Source: a virus. Taken from it: 64,000 bases of DNA. The stretch lies in the IMG/VR virus record IMGVR_UViG_3300045541_000131, positions 74,653 to 138,652 of that record; one strand, given 5' to 3'. A program made the translations under genes and the position numbers. Of the stretch, positions 16,959 to 27,271 are shown one piece after another. The notes beneath the pieces were generated by a model that saw only the letters and a list, made by a program, of their open reading frames with translations, had not been told where the DNA came from and searched no databases. Positions within the stretch are counted from its first letter, which is position 1. Each line of letters opens with the position of its first letter.

Positions 16959-16974
16959 TATAGTTATTTATTCA

Positions 16975-17022
16975 TTGACTCTTGTAGCACTTCTGCTATA
17001 ATAAGACTTCATACTATAAATA
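16975..17022 (+). promoter_or_regulatory. Tandem sigma70 and T4-type late promoter
   Basis: TTGACT-16-TATAAT with extended TG, then exact TATAAATA at 17015-17022. Confidence 0.7.
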
Positions 17023-17054
17023 AACTTGGTATATAATTAAACAAAGGAGTTTAT

Positions 17055-17267
17055 ATGACCATTCAAGATCTAAGTGTACTATTAGCTGCTATTGATGTCG
17101 CTGTTAAGCGCGGCACGTTTAGCGTTTTGGAAGTCGGACAAGTTTCTGCTGTTGCTGAAAAGCTCAATAATTTCCTAATTGAAGCTAAGAATCAAGCCGA
17201 AGCTCAACAAGCCGAACAACAAACAGCTGAAGCTCAAGCTGCTGATTCTGAACAGGCTGCTGCTTAA
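17055..17267 (+). CDS. Small hypothetical phage protein
   Basis: AAGGAG RBS; DL......ID.A..RG.F...E...V.....KL..FL. Confidence 0.75.
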   Translation: MTIQDLSVLLAAIDVAVKRGTFSVLEVGQVSAVAEKLNNFLIEAKNQAEAQQAEQQTAEAQAADSEQAAA

Positions 17268-17279
17268 TCGGAGATTGCA

Positions 17280-17876
17280 ATGCCCCAATTTATTAAACAT
17301 GTTGGGCAAGTCGACGCAACCGGCAGGAAGTGTGTTGTGGTATTCAGAGAGGTACCGGGCGATACATCTTCCTGCTTGATTGTCGAAACCGAAAGCTTGC
17401 CACAGCAATATCATGATGATCTAATGACGGCTGTCGAATCGGAAAGTGCCCAAAGCGATCTCGACTTTTACAAGTATGCTAGTCGTAGTTCATTCCATGA
17501 TGGAAGAAATATGCTAGAAGCATTACATCTGAGTGGATGGCTTAAAAAGTCTAGTAGCGGTGACATTACCATGTTACCAACTCGTGATATTTCAATCAAA
17601 CTAAACGAGCTCAATTCTCAAATTAGTGACCTGGATAATACCGGAAGAACGACTAGCGGCGACATCAGTGGCCAAGCAGAAGTTGCTGAAACTAAAAGCC
17701 CAGGTGTATTAGATGATTCGCAACTTGCTAATCAAATGCGTAGTCAGGCAGCGTATTTTCAAAAAGAAGCTCAGCGTTTGCTAGCAGAAGCCGAAGCTCT
17801 TGATCCTGCTAAGGCAGTGACAGCAGTTAGCTCGCCCGATGTTAAGCCAAAAAGAAAATACACTAAAAAAAAGTAA
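17280..17876 (+). CDS. Hypothetical phage protein
   Basis: GGAG RBS; IKHVG...K.VV.FR...L...YHD; basic tail. Confidence 0.75.
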   Translation: MPQFIKHVGQVDATGRKCVVVFREVPGDTSSCLIVETESLPQQYHDDLMTAVESESAQSDLDFYKYASRSSFHDGRNMLEALHLSGWLKKSSSGDITMLPTRDISIKLNELNSQISDLDNTGRTTSGDISGQAEVAETKSPGVLDDSQLANQMRSQAAYFQKEAQRLLAEAEALDPAKAVTAVSSPDVKPKRKYTKKK

Positions 17877-17892
17877 TTAAGGAATCTGACAC

Positions 17893-18198
17893 ATGGCAAT
17901 TAGGAGAAAGGATCGAAGTTTTGAAGAGATCCTTAAAGATGTGGTCATGGAAGAAGTTCCTATAGAATACATTACCCACATTCAACTCAAACTGAATAAT
18001 GGCGAGATATTAGAATTTACTCAAGAAGACCTAGTCGGCATGAAAGACGCCAGCGAAGTCCTGCGTGCTCGAGGTTTAGAGCACTTAAGAGAAAATATTT
18101 TAGACATCGAAGTTTTTATCGACAGTGCTAAAATTAAGAACAAAGTTGTTCATTACGTTAAACATTTATTGCAAAGCCAATTCGGCGAGGGAAAATGA
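17893..18198 (+). CDS. Hypothetical phage protein
   Basis: AAGGA RBS; EE.L.DV...EVP.EY. Confidence 0.7.
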   Translation: MAIRRKDRSFEEILKDVVMEEVPIEYITHIQLKLNNGEILEFTQEDLVGMKDASEVLRARGLEHLRENILDIEVFIDSAKIKNKVVHYVKHLLQSQFGEGK

Positions 18199-19043
18199 CA
18201 CAGAGATCAGAAATTAATTTTGACGAAGATAAGAACTATGTTCCTGTATTGGATCATGGTTTCGTCGGTCTAGTTGACCATATGGGCAGTGATAGTGCTA
18301 TTGTGCAGGCTGCTCGTGTCAGTTATGGTGCTGGCACTAAACAAGTTCAAGACGATCGTAACCTTATTCGTTATTTGATGCGTCACGAACATACTACTCC
18401 CTTTGAAATGTGCGAAGTCAAATTCCACATCAAGCTGCCTATCTTTGTCATGCGTCAGCTAGTGCGCCATCGCACTGCCAGTATGAACGAATATAGTGCT
18501 CGTTATAGTGTTATGACTGACGAGTTTTATATTCCCGAGCTAGAACAGATTCAGCGTCAAAGTTCTACTAACAAACAAGGTCGCGAAGAAAGCGAATGGG
18601 GTTTTGAAGAACGACGCAATGTTCAGCATGCCTTTCAGCGTAGCTTCTTTAATGCTTATAAAGAGTACGCTAGTCTATTAGGCAAAGACAACGACGGGCT
18701 TACACGCGAGTTAGCCAGAAGTGTGCTGCCAGTGGGTGGTTATACTGAATTGTATTGGAAAGCCAACTTGAAGAATTTCTTACACATGGCTCGCTTGCGT
18801 ATGGATCCTCATGCCCAATGGGAGATTCAGGAATACGCTCGTGCCATGTACGACCTAGCCAAGCCTTTGTTTCCCGAAGCATGTCAGGCCTTTGAGGACT
18901 ATGCCGTTAACACAGCTAAGTTTAGTTCGGCTGAATTTGAACTACTGAAGACGCTAATTGATCCTACGAAATGGGACGAATCTAAGGTCTCTGGACTTAG
19001 CAAACGAGAGCTTACTGAATTTAAAGCAAAGTTAGGTCTGTAA
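18195..19043 (+). CDS. thyX: Flavin-dependent thymidylate synthase
   Basis: AARVSY, H.TPFE, RHRTASMNEYSARY ThyX motif, HAQWEI. Confidence 0.96.
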   Translation: MTQRSEINFDEDKNYVPVLDHGFVGLVDHMGSDSAIVQAARVSYGAGTKQVQDDRNLIRYLMRHEHTTPFEMCEVKFHIKLPIFVMRQLVRHRTASMNEYSARYSVMTDEFYIPELEQIQRQSSTNKQGREESEWGFEERRNVQHAFQRSFFNAYKEYASLLGKDNDGLTRELARSVLPVGGYTELYWKANLKNFLHMARLRMDPHAQWEIQEYARAMYDLAKPLFPEACQAFEDYAVNTAKFSSAEFELLKTLIDPTKWDESKVSGLSKRELTEFKAKLGL

Positions 19044-19586
19044 AGGATCTACACTTATTTCGTTGATGTGAACATCACCGGGCTGCTCAAGTATCCAACG
19101 GATATATTCAGCAGCCTTTCTTATTGGCATTGTTTTTCTATCTGGATGTTTGTGCTGAACATTGCTAAGTGAACCAAAGCTGATTAGCGTAACTCGAGGA
19201 TTGTTGGCCCACACGCCTGTCATGCCTAAACTGTTGGCATAATCTCTCAGAGCTTTCTTTTCTGCGTTGTATAACCAATCAGTGGCTTTGTTTACCCTAT
19301 CTGTAGTGCTGCCAATACAAATGATTAATGTACGCTTGTTTTCTGCTTTAAGTTTTTTATAAACTGCTTCAAGCAATAGCGTTTGATTAAATTTCCATAA
19401 TGCGCTACAAAGAATGACTATATCATAGTCTACTGTCATGGCGGCGAATTCTTGCTGTTTGTCACCTTTAGTTAGATCCATACCCATAGTCGATCTACTT
19501 ACAAAGGTTAGTTCGTAGTCAGCTAATTCTTGTTTTATTTCATGAGCTAACCCATATTCAGGATTGCCTGCTACAAGTATTTTCAT
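19032..19586 (-). CDS. Short-chain dehydrogenase/reductase-like NAD(P)-binding protein
   Basis: ILVAGN..YGL, IGS, YNAEK (YxxxK), INEISV. Confidence 0.75.
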   Translation of the reverse strand: MKILVAGNPEYGLAHEIKQELADYELTFVSRSTMGMDLTKGDKQQEFAAMTVDYDIVILCSALWKFNQTLLLEAVYKKLKAENKRTLIICIGSTTDRVNKATDWLYNAEKKALRDYANSLGMTGVWANNPRVTLISFGSLSNVQHKHPDRKTMPIRKAAEYIRWILEQPGDVHINEISVDPLQT

Positions 19587-20896
19587 TTGAACAGTTCCTC
19601 GTATTCATGGGCAATATCTAATATACTGTGGCCGCGAGCTTGATCTAGGTATTTGGTAAACTTAACGAACTCAGGGAGTTTGTCGCTGTAGTCTGCTCCT
19701 AGTGCGTACTTGGTTATGCTGTTTAAAATACTGGCAGCATTTTTAGCTATATCATCCTCGAAGTTATCTGCAAAGTAAGCTATTTCTCTAGCGTAGTATT
19801 CAACTAGTTGCTGTTTAAGCTCCGGGGTCAATATTCTAATGTTTACTCTCTTAGGGCCATGTGCTACGTGATGAGTTATGATAGGACGCTTCTTAGTTGA
19901 GTTAATCTTTTTAAATCCGCTTTCCAGTAGCTTCCAACGCATAAATGTAGGTATGTGCCAAACATTATATGCTGTTACTGTACAGGCCATCCATGGCAGT
20001 ATGTTGCTATTCTTTTGTGCGTACTCATCTAGTTTTTGTAGATTTTTATATGCTTGTGTCCACTTTAAAGGCCAACGTTGATATTCTACTACCGCACCCA
20101 TACCGTCCATGCTGGCACCAACTCTTACCTGCTTGAACTTTGTCCACATGTCTAGTACACGATTAGGCAAGTTACTCATGTTAGTATTGTATTCTAGAAT
20201 CATTTTGCCAGCTTGTCCCATGTCAATACATTTTTGCAAGAACTCATAATGACGTTCAATCATCATAGGTTCACCGCCGGCCATATAAACATGCTTTAGG
20301 TTAGGAATGTTAGCTTCAATCTGCTGCCAAAATGTTTCGCTACTGTGCCAGTCATAGTCTCGAGTAGTTAATCTTCCGTTTTCATTGCGTGTTAGTTTAA
20401 CTGTGCCATGTGTGTCTTTGTACTCGTTGCTGCCGTGATATTCAGTCCATTGTTCATACCAAGTGTGACTATCTGTTGGGCCGCACATACGGCAAGCAAG
20501 ATTACATAAGTTACCAAAACGTAGATCATAATATTCTAAGTTTGGCTCTTTAATTGTGCCATCTTCAGCAGTAACATATCTAGCATCGTCAATGCTGAAC
20601 TTCCAGTTATCTAGTTCATATTGCCTGCGACTGTTAAGGCCGGCAGCTTCTTCTTGCTGACAGCGACCACATTCCTGGCTCCATTCACCAACTAGCATAT
20701 TCTTACGAACTTCACGCATAAGCTCAGCATTTCGAGCTTCAGTCATGTTGTCCATGGCAGCATTGTATGGTGTGCCGTCTGGTTTGCGAACAACGCCTTG
20801 ATTTTCAGTTACATTAGCTTGACAGCATATACGGATATCGCCGTTGTTGCGTACTGCTTGAAATATCCATGGTATAGGACAAAAAGTAGTTGTCAT
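19583..20896 (-). CDS. Radical SAM protein with N-terminal Cys (twitch-like) domain
   Basis: FCPIPW..CC..CGRC; CNLACRMC; GGEP; YNTN; S.DG. Confidence 0.9.
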   Translation of the reverse strand: MTTTFCPIPWIFQAVRNNGDIRICCQANVTENQGVVRKPDGTPYNAAMDNMTEARNAELMREVRKNMLVGEWSQECGRCQQEEAAGLNSRRQYELDNWKFSIDDARYVTAEDGTIKEPNLEYYDLRFGNLCNLACRMCGPTDSHTWYEQWTEYHGSNEYKDTHGTVKLTRNENGRLTTRDYDWHSSETFWQQIEANIPNLKHVYMAGGEPMMIERHYEFLQKCIDMGQAGKMILEYNTNMSNLPNRVLDMWTKFKQVRVGASMDGMGAVVEYQRWPLKWTQAYKNLQKLDEYAQKNSNILPWMACTVTAYNVWHIPTFMRWKLLESGFKKINSTKKRPIITHHVAHGPKRVNIRILTPELKQQLVEYYAREIAYFADNFEDDIAKNAASILNSITKYALGADYSDKLPEFVKFTKYLDQARGHSILDIAHEYEELFK

Positions 20897-21696
20897 TAGA
20901 ATTTCATCCAATTTATATATTTTTCTATCGGGCCGGCTGGCACCACAAAATCATCATGATTAATAACCAGTTCTTCGTATTTTTTATTTTCGATTAGATT
21001 AGATATTTTTTCAAATAATATCAAGTTATTCTCGTCGGACAAGTGATTTTTTCGTTGATCTCTTAATACTCGGTGCTGTTGTACGTCAGCATATCCAAGA
21101 TGAAGTCCGTTGTCTGAATATTTACTTTTATAATCTAATTGTTCTAATTCCCAAAAACACAATTTAAGTAAACTATTGTTGTCCATCGACGATGCGTCAA
21201 TGAATATCAGATTTTTTTCTTTTTTAATTTTTTCAGCAAGAATTTTATTTGTATCTTCGATGTAATCAAAGTCTATCCAATTCTCATAACTAAATTTGAC
21301 ATTCTCGACGATTTGTAATTTTTTTAATAATTTAGAGTCATTGGGTTTGTTTTTTATCACCGCTTTTAATCGATTTTCTAATATTTCTATAGACGAGTGT
21401 CCAATGTACCACGAATGGTTAATGTTTCTTAATTCGTCGACATCCTTCAATAGTAAACTTAGTTTATCAGAATGAAATCTATTTGTAGATGGGCAGACAA
21501 AAATATTAACATCGTGGCTATGTTTATTGCGAAGGTAATCAATATAACACTTGTATGGCGATTTGCCTGGATTTGCGTAATTAATTACTTGGTATTTTGT
21601 TTTTAATAATTCTACCCAGCTAGGACCTAAATCAAGACTATCATGATTGACTTCAGCAAAACTATCCCCGTATATACCTACAGAGATATTACTCAT
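20896..21696 (-). CDS. SGNH/GDSL-like protein
   Basis: GIYGDSF, NYANPG.S, RKNHLS; start moved to 21696. Confidence 0.7.
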   Translation of the reverse strand: MSNISVGIYGDSFAEVNHDSLDLGPSWVELLKTKYQVINYANPGKSPYKCYIDYLRNKHSHDVNIFVCPSTNRFHSDKLSLLLKDVDELRNINHSWYIGHSSIEILENRLKAVIKNKPNDSKLLKKLQIVENVKFSYENWIDFDYIEDTNKILAEKIKKEKNLIFIDASSMDNNSLLKLCFWELEQLDYKSKYSDNGLHLGYADVQQHRVLRDQRKNHLSDENNLILFEKISNLIENKKYEELVINHDDFVVPAGPIEKYINWMKF

Positions 21697-22855
21697 AAGT
21701 TTTATCTCCGGGGAATAACGGTAACTTTGTGCCTGGGGCACGTTTTGGTATCTTGCTATCAGCACTACTTACACAGCTCTTACCCCCGCAAGGCATTGGC
21801 TTGTCATAGAGCTTAAAACCTGTTTCAATGTGACCCAAAGGAACTTCGACGCAACTATAACTACGCTTTACTGTTCCATCCGGTTCGCGAATAATAATAC
21901 TGCGATAACCACTGCTACACTCCCAACCCTGAAAGTTATTAAAGTTAAAAGCATTAAAACGTTCAGCTTGATCCATGAACCATGGCTTGCCGTCCTTGTC
22001 GATGAATTCAACTTGATAATGTGCCGGCACATCAACTTGCTGTTTACGTTGTGGGTCAGCTCGGTCAATCATGTAAGTTGGCTTAGGTCTCTCTATTAGG
22101 CCAGCCGCTCGAGCCTTTTGCTCAGTATAAGCTCTCTGTGGCATGCCGTTGTGTAGCTTGGCTAGCATGTCTTCAGTATAGCCTTCTACCACACGACTGG
22201 CAGTAGGATCGCTTTGTGGCTTTAGTGTAACATTAATACCACGCTCATGGAAGTAAAGTGCTAGGTCATAAATCTCATAGAATTGCTCAGGAACCATAAC
22301 CATGTTAATGGTTATTTGTGTGTCATACTCCTGGCACAATACTAGCTTGTCAGCAAATTCGGCAACCTTCTCCTGTGTGTTAACATGCTCTCTGTGGCAG
22401 CTGGCCGTAATACTAGCACGATGGAAATGACGAACTGCCGGCACATACTTTTGTTCAAACCACTTTAAAGGTCTGCTCATATTGCTGGTCATATGAACGC
22501 TGGTATAGTTTGTATTGGCTACATCTGCGTTTAGATGTTCTAGTATGTCAATATAAGCAGGATGAAATGTAGGTTCGCCTCCACTTAGACTAAAGTGGAA
22601 ACTGTTAAAGCCGCGCTCGCGGGCCTGTCGTTTTATCTCGTCTACAGTTTTAAGCATCAACGGTGTAGGACGATGATCTTTCGTATCGCTACGAGCATAT
22701 GGCCAACAATAGCTACAACGATAATTACAGTAGCGACCTAGTAGCCAACTAACTGTAAACATATCACGATATAACATTGTGCGTTGTCCTACGCGAACAA
22801 GATCCTTGTAGGGTATTTTGGTAAAATCGTAATCGCTGGTTTTTAAATCACTCAT
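21689..22855 (-). CDS. Radical SAM protein with C-terminal Cys cluster
   Basis: CNYRCSYC, SGGEPT, TSN, GWEC...SC...C...C. Confidence 0.9.
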   Translation of the reverse strand: MSDLKTSDYDFTKIPYKDLVRVGQRTMLYRDMFTVSWLLGRYCNYRCSYCWPYARSDTKDHRPTPLMLKTVDEIKRQARERGFNSFHFSLSGGEPTFHPAYIDILEHLNADVANTNYTSVHMTSNMSRPLKWFEQKYVPAVRHFHRASITASCHREHVNTQEKVAEFADKLVLCQEYDTQITINMVMVPEQFYEIYDLALYFHERGINVTLKPQSDPTASRVVEGYTEDMLAKLHNGMPQRAYTEQKARAAGLIERPKPTYMIDRADPQRKQQVDVPAHYQVEFIDKDGKPWFMDQAERFNAFNFNNFQGWECSSGYRSIIIREPDGTVKRSYSCVEVPLGHIETGFKLYDKPMPCGGKSCVSSADSKIPKRAPGTKLPLFPGDKTYE

Positions 22856-22872
22856 TTTATTAATAAAATTCT

Positions 22873-23580
22873 TTATAAATTTGTTATATAAAAAGTCTGA
22901 AATGGAGGCTGTACATATTCGTCTATGTCAATATTTACTTCTTCGCCAGACAACCATTTTAAAACATTTCTAAAGAAAATTGCATTGTTTTCAGCTGACA
23001 TGTGTGCATGTCTATAATCTGCCGTCTGGGCCCAATTTATGTCTAAGCTCCAGCCGTCTAACTCTTTGAAAGAAATATCCTTCATATATGATTTTCCTTT
23101 ATAAAAATTAGATGTCGCTGAGCAAGCAGGAATTAATACTGCGTCGGGTCTTTTATCTAAAATATCTTTAATCATAAGGTTATACACATATGAATCATAA
23201 TCATCATTTTGTATATATTGAAAATAATCCTTTACCGCAGTTAAAATTTTTAACTTTTGTAAATCGTTATCATTATACTTTTTAAGTTGACTCAGTTGGA
23301 ACAATTGTCTTTCAACTGACGGCAGGCCCGCTTGATGTCGTCTGAGATCTTTGATGTGGTGATCGGGCAAATATATTCTATTAACATCAGTGACTACAAA
23401 AATAATTTTATCAAAATCATGATGATTTTTTAAAAACTGATCCACTGAATAAAACAGACTAGATCCTTGCTCGGCAAAATTTTTGACATCATGTATCTCA
23501 GACAGCAAATCCATCCAACTTGCTGTGGGGTTCCTAGGATTATTTGCAGCAAAGCTATCGCCAAATATAGCTATTTTCAT
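22873..23580 (-). CDS. SGNH/GDSL-like protein
   Basis: IFGDSF, NFA..GSS, DYRHAHMS..NN. Confidence 0.7.
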   Translation of the reverse strand: MKIAIFGDSFAANNPRNPTASWMDLLSEIHDVKNFAEQGSSLFYSVDQFLKNHHDFDKIIFVVTDVNRIYLPDHHIKDLRRHQAGLPSVERQLFQLSQLKKYNDNDLQKLKILTAVKDYFQYIQNDDYDSYVYNLMIKDILDKRPDAVLIPACSATSNFYKGKSYMKDISFKELDGWSLDINWAQTADYRHAHMSAENNAIFFRNVLKWLSGEEVNIDIDEYVQPPFQTFYITNL

Positions 23581-23810
23581 TCTTCGCTTTCATAAACGAA
23601 CTTAATGTCCCGGCCCGGGCCAACTTCACTGGGCATGCCGCCGTATTCTTTTATATACCATTCTATGGCGGCTACATACCAACCTTGACTATTATGTCTA
23701 CTGGCAATATTAAACTTGTAAATATTATCATTGGTGGCAGGCATGGTGCTGATAACTCGAGCGGCCTCTAACTGTAGTCGACGTAAAGGTAAATCTTTTA
23801 TATCAGTCAT
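23577..23810 (-). CDS. Small hypothetical protein
   Basis: 77 aa, ATGA overlaps on both sides; SRHNSQGWY. Confidence 0.7.
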   Translation of the reverse strand: MTDIKDLPLRRLQLEAARVISTMPATNDNIYKFNIASRHNSQGWYVAAIEWYIKEYGGMPSEVGPGRDIKFVYESEE

Positions 23811-25006
23811 AGGTCTAAGTTGTCCAATAGTTTAACTAATTGATCTGTCTTTTTGTAAGACTGTTTCTTTAAAAGAAATTCTTCGGCTATTTGTTTGTAA
23901 TTGGGTTTGTACGAACTGCCAATCCTGCGGCGCATTTGCTGTAGGTAATCTTGAAAATTTTCTTTGTATACATAATTTATATCTGTTGCCCGCGCTATAG
24001 CCGCTTCAGCTAGGTCAATGTATTTGACATAAGATTCTGGCAAATATGCTATGTCCATTTCATCTGGCCAGCTGGTAAAATTGCCGTACCATGTAAATTC
24101 TTTTGTCGGTGCGTGTTGTCTAAACTGTTCATGTACCCAATCAATATATTGATGAAATGTTTTGAGACTAAACACGTTGGCTGTGGGACTCATTACTATA
24201 AGTTCTGTGTTGGCATGGCTAATATACTTGACAAAGTTTTCGCCGAACCGCTGCCAATTTAACCCGTGTCGAATAAGCTCTGCTGTTTCACCGTAACTTT
24301 CATTGCTGATTCCTATACCCCAAACTAGCTTGCTGGTATCTAACTTAGCGATAATTTTATCCATTAGAAATCGCTTGCTGTTGGCATTGGTGCAGATTTC
24401 CAAACGAATCTTCTTTGTTGTATTAGCAGCACAAGATTCAATGAAATCAACTAGTTCATAAAAACGTTCGCTGGCTGTAGGTTCACCGCCTAAGAAAATA
24501 AACACCAATTGTTCAGCAGTCAGGTCAGTTCTGCTGATATAGTTTTGAATCCAGGACTTAAACACTTCATAATCATTTTCTTTGGTTAAGTCTTGATAGG
24601 GTTCGTTTTGTTCCTGCGCTACTTTACTGCTGCTCCATGCACTACAGTAGATACAGCTCATGTCACAGGTTCTATCTGTTTTTATTTCAATGTAATTAAT
24701 GTGCCTATCGTCATTGAGAATTTCTCGATGATTTTCAATGTAAGAATCCTGCCAACGATTGGCCCAATCCCTATAGGCACTTTGACCTTTACTGTAGTCG
24801 TTCCAACAGCTAACACAGTCAGAATGTGCGATATTGGACAGACTTTGAAGCCTGCGACTTTGTATTTTATCGCTGTTGCTGATAAATTGTTCGGTTAATG
24901 TTTCCGGAAACGAATAGGTTTTAGCCTTACAGCAGTGCTTTAATGTTCTGGTTTCAAAGTCAATGTTAATATCTGTCCAGGATTTGGAGCAGTAAGTTTT
25001 TGTCAT
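23807..25006 (-). CDS. Radical SAM protein
   Basis: YCSKSW..HCC..CVSCW; CDMSCIYC; GGEP. Confidence 0.88.
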   Translation of the reverse strand: MTKTYCSKSWTDINIDFETRTLKHCCKAKTYSFPETLTEQFISNSDKIQSRRLQSLSNIAHSDCVSCWNDYSKGQSAYRDWANRWQDSYIENHREILNDDRHINYIEIKTDRTCDMSCIYCSAWSSSKVAQEQNEPYQDLTKENDYEVFKSWIQNYISRTDLTAEQLVFIFLGGEPTASERFYELVDFIESCAANTTKKIRLEICTNANSKRFLMDKIIAKLDTSKLVWGIGISNESYGETAELIRHGLNWQRFGENFVKYISHANTELIVMSPTANVFSLKTFHQYIDWVHEQFRQHAPTKEFTWYGNFTSWPDEMDIAYLPESYVKYIDLAEAAIARATDINYVYKENFQDYLQQMRRRIGSSYKPNYKQIAEEFLLKKQSYKKTDQLVKLLDNLDL

Positions 25007-25044
25007 GATAAATTTATTTTGACAAGAAAATGTCAATGCAGTTC

Positions 25045-25056
25045 ATAAATATTTAT
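25045..25056. promoter_or_regulatory. Palindromic bidirectional late promoter
   Basis: ATAAATATTTAT gives TAAATA on both strands between divergent genes. Confidence 0.6.
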
Positions 25057-25791
25057 ATGAGCGATATACTAAACGAATATGGTATCAGCAAAGAACCAAT
25101 CGAATCCTTTGCTAAAAGAAATGACTTCGCTGCCAACAAGCCTTACCCACAAAATTTAACTTCTGGCCAGGAAGTTAACAAAAGCCCGGACATTGCCTTC
25201 CTACCAATCGACTGGGAAACTGAACAAGATTGGCAGGGTATGCACGAAGAAGCTAAAAGGTTAAGCAAGCACTTTGTTCCCCATAGACATCATGAAAGTC
25301 ATCGTGGATGGAGCAGTTTGTGTATTCACGGCCTAAGCAGCATTCATACTGAAAGCAGTCATACTTATGGATTCACTGATGATACTGCGCCATGGCGTTG
25401 GACTGATGTAGCAGATTGGTGTCCGAAAATTACTGACTTCTTTAAGAATCAATTTGATTATAAGAAGTATTTTAGAATTAGAATAATGAAGTTAGCTCCG
25501 GGCGGTTATGTAATACCACACAAAGACAGTTTGAAACAGGAAGAAAATCATATAGGCCCTATTAATTTTGCACTGAACAATCCCGAAGGCTGTAAATTTT
25601 ACATGGACAACGTGGGATACTTACCATGGCAACAAGGTCGTGCAATTAAGTTAAATTTATACAACGTTCATGCGGTTTACAATGACAGCAACGAAGATAG
25701 ATATCATGTAATCATTCATGGTCATATGGGTCCAAGTTGGATGGATAGAATTTACAATAACTACAATACATGGAAAAAGGTTTATGCTTAA
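25057..25791 (+). CDS. Aspartyl/asparaginyl beta-hydroxylase-like 2OG-Fe(II) oxygenase
   Basis: GWSSLC.HG, RIRIM.L.PGG...PHKD, HAVYN.S.EDR.H.I.H. Confidence 0.82.
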   Translation: MSDILNEYGISKEPIESFAKRNDFAANKPYPQNLTSGQEVNKSPDIAFLPIDWETEQDWQGMHEEAKRLSKHFVPHRHHESHRGWSSLCIHGLSSIHTESSHTYGFTDDTAPWRWTDVADWCPKITDFFKNQFDYKKYFRIRIMKLAPGGYVIPHKDSLKQEENHIGPINFALNNPEGCKFYMDNVGYLPWQQGRAIKLNLYNVHAVYNDSNEDRYHVIIHGHMGPSWMDRIYNNYNTWKKVYA

Positions 25792-27271
25792 AACATTTGC
25801 AAATGCCCTAGTAAAAGACAAATCAAATATTGGAATAGATCCCATAGTAAGACAAAGTTTAATGACATTCTATCAACGTAACATGTACATTGATAGGATA
25901 AAGAACAATCCAGTTAGATCAATTGTTGAAAGTACAGAAGATGCTTGCATTCAATCGGCTGAACAGGAAAACTTTGACTATGTTATTTTAACCTGGGAAG
26001 GTAACATTTTTGATATTCACAACTATCACGAAAAATGTATCGATGCTGTCAATGACTTAGACGCAAAAACTAACGGCAACTGGTTAGTCTGCGGCCAGAT
26101 CATTGACCAATACGAGAATAGAGTCTTGTATAATGATACTAACAAGGATCAGTGGCGTAATAGCTTTTGGTTATTTCCTATTACTGCTATTGTGAACATT
26201 AAAAAATGGCGCGAGCTAGGTAAGCCTGCTTGGGGTAACGAAGGCGAGTTTAACGAACTGGTCAATGTCGTTGCTAGCGAAGAATGTATTCACGACAACT
26301 ACACTCCATTAGAAATTCGTGCAGGCGCAGGCACCAGCATGACCAAGACAAAAAAGTCTTGGAATATTGTTAATACATCTTTGCTCAATGGGTTGACCGT
26401 TTATAACTTGCCTGTCGAAGTTCGCAGTGTACAAAACTATCTTTATCCTGAAGTTAACGTTGATAGATATAATCAATTTTGGTTAAGTTTATATAACATG
26501 CCAAAACTAACAGACCAGTACAAGCGAGTTTTAAACTCTATTATTACCAGTAAATATCCCAAACGAATCAATGACAGCACTTGGCAGTTTTTTATTAGAA
26601 ATACCGAAGACTATGAACCAAGATATCCCGAGTTGGGCACAGTTGACTGGTCAACTGTTCAAACACTAATGATGCCTAGCAGCGGCTTTAAAGACTTTAT
26701 TGTCAGCATGGGCAAAAACGGGCCAAGAAAAACTTTTGAATACATACACTTTGATATTATTCCTCAATGTGTTGAAATCAAGCGGCAGATCATTGAACTA
26801 TGGGATGGCAAAAGAACGTCGTTTGAATCCGTAATGTCCACAATTGGTAAAAAGTATAGATCGAATCCACATGATGCTTTTCATATGCATTCCATGAAAA
26901 CATTCGAAGAAGCTTACAATCATATACTGCCATTTTTTAACAGTGAACAAGACCTGGAAGAACAGTGGCTAAAGTTTAAGGCCTGCACTCACAAATACAT
27001 CGAAGCAGACATGCTAACTGATCCCTATGATGCAATCAAACTAATCCAGCACAAAACCATTTATCTATGTCTCAGTGACATAGCCGGTTGGCGCAATAAT
27101 ATCATGAGCTATGGATATAAAAATCTACGCAACGATATCATCAATTGCGTGCAAAGCATCAGAAATAAAGGCATTGACGGATTTGTAGACTATAAAGACC
27201 CCGGTACTGACTTGCAAATGTGGCAAAGTTTTGATCGTGCCATTGAACATCTTGGAATAGATATCGTATGA
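25784..27271 (+). CDS. Two-domain hypothetical protein (GT-like N-terminus, SAM-binding-like C-terminus)
   Basis: HDNYTP..I; C-terminal PSSG...HFD..P..LWDG...LSDI.GW. Confidence 0.6.
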   Translation: MLKTFANALVKDKSNIGIDPIVRQSLMTFYQRNMYIDRIKNNPVRSIVESTEDACIQSAEQENFDYVILTWEGNIFDIHNYHEKCIDAVNDLDAKTNGNWLVCGQIIDQYENRVLYNDTNKDQWRNSFWLFPITAIVNIKKWRELGKPAWGNEGEFNELVNVVASEECIHDNYTPLEIRAGAGTSMTKTKKSWNIVNTSLLNGLTVYNLPVEVRSVQNYLYPEVNVDRYNQFWLSLYNMPKLTDQYKRVLNSIITSKYPKRINDSTWQFFIRNTEDYEPRYPELGTVDWSTVQTLMMPSSGFKDFIVSMGKNGPRKTFEYIHFDIIPQCVEIKRQIIELWDGKRTSFESVMSTIGKKYRSNPHDAFHMHSMKTFEEAYNHILPFFNSEQDLEEQWLKFKACTHKYIEADMLTDPYDAIKLIQHKTIYLCLSDIAGWRNNIMSYGYKNLRNDIINCVQSIRNKGIDGFVDYKDPGTDLQMWQSFDRAIEHLGIDIV

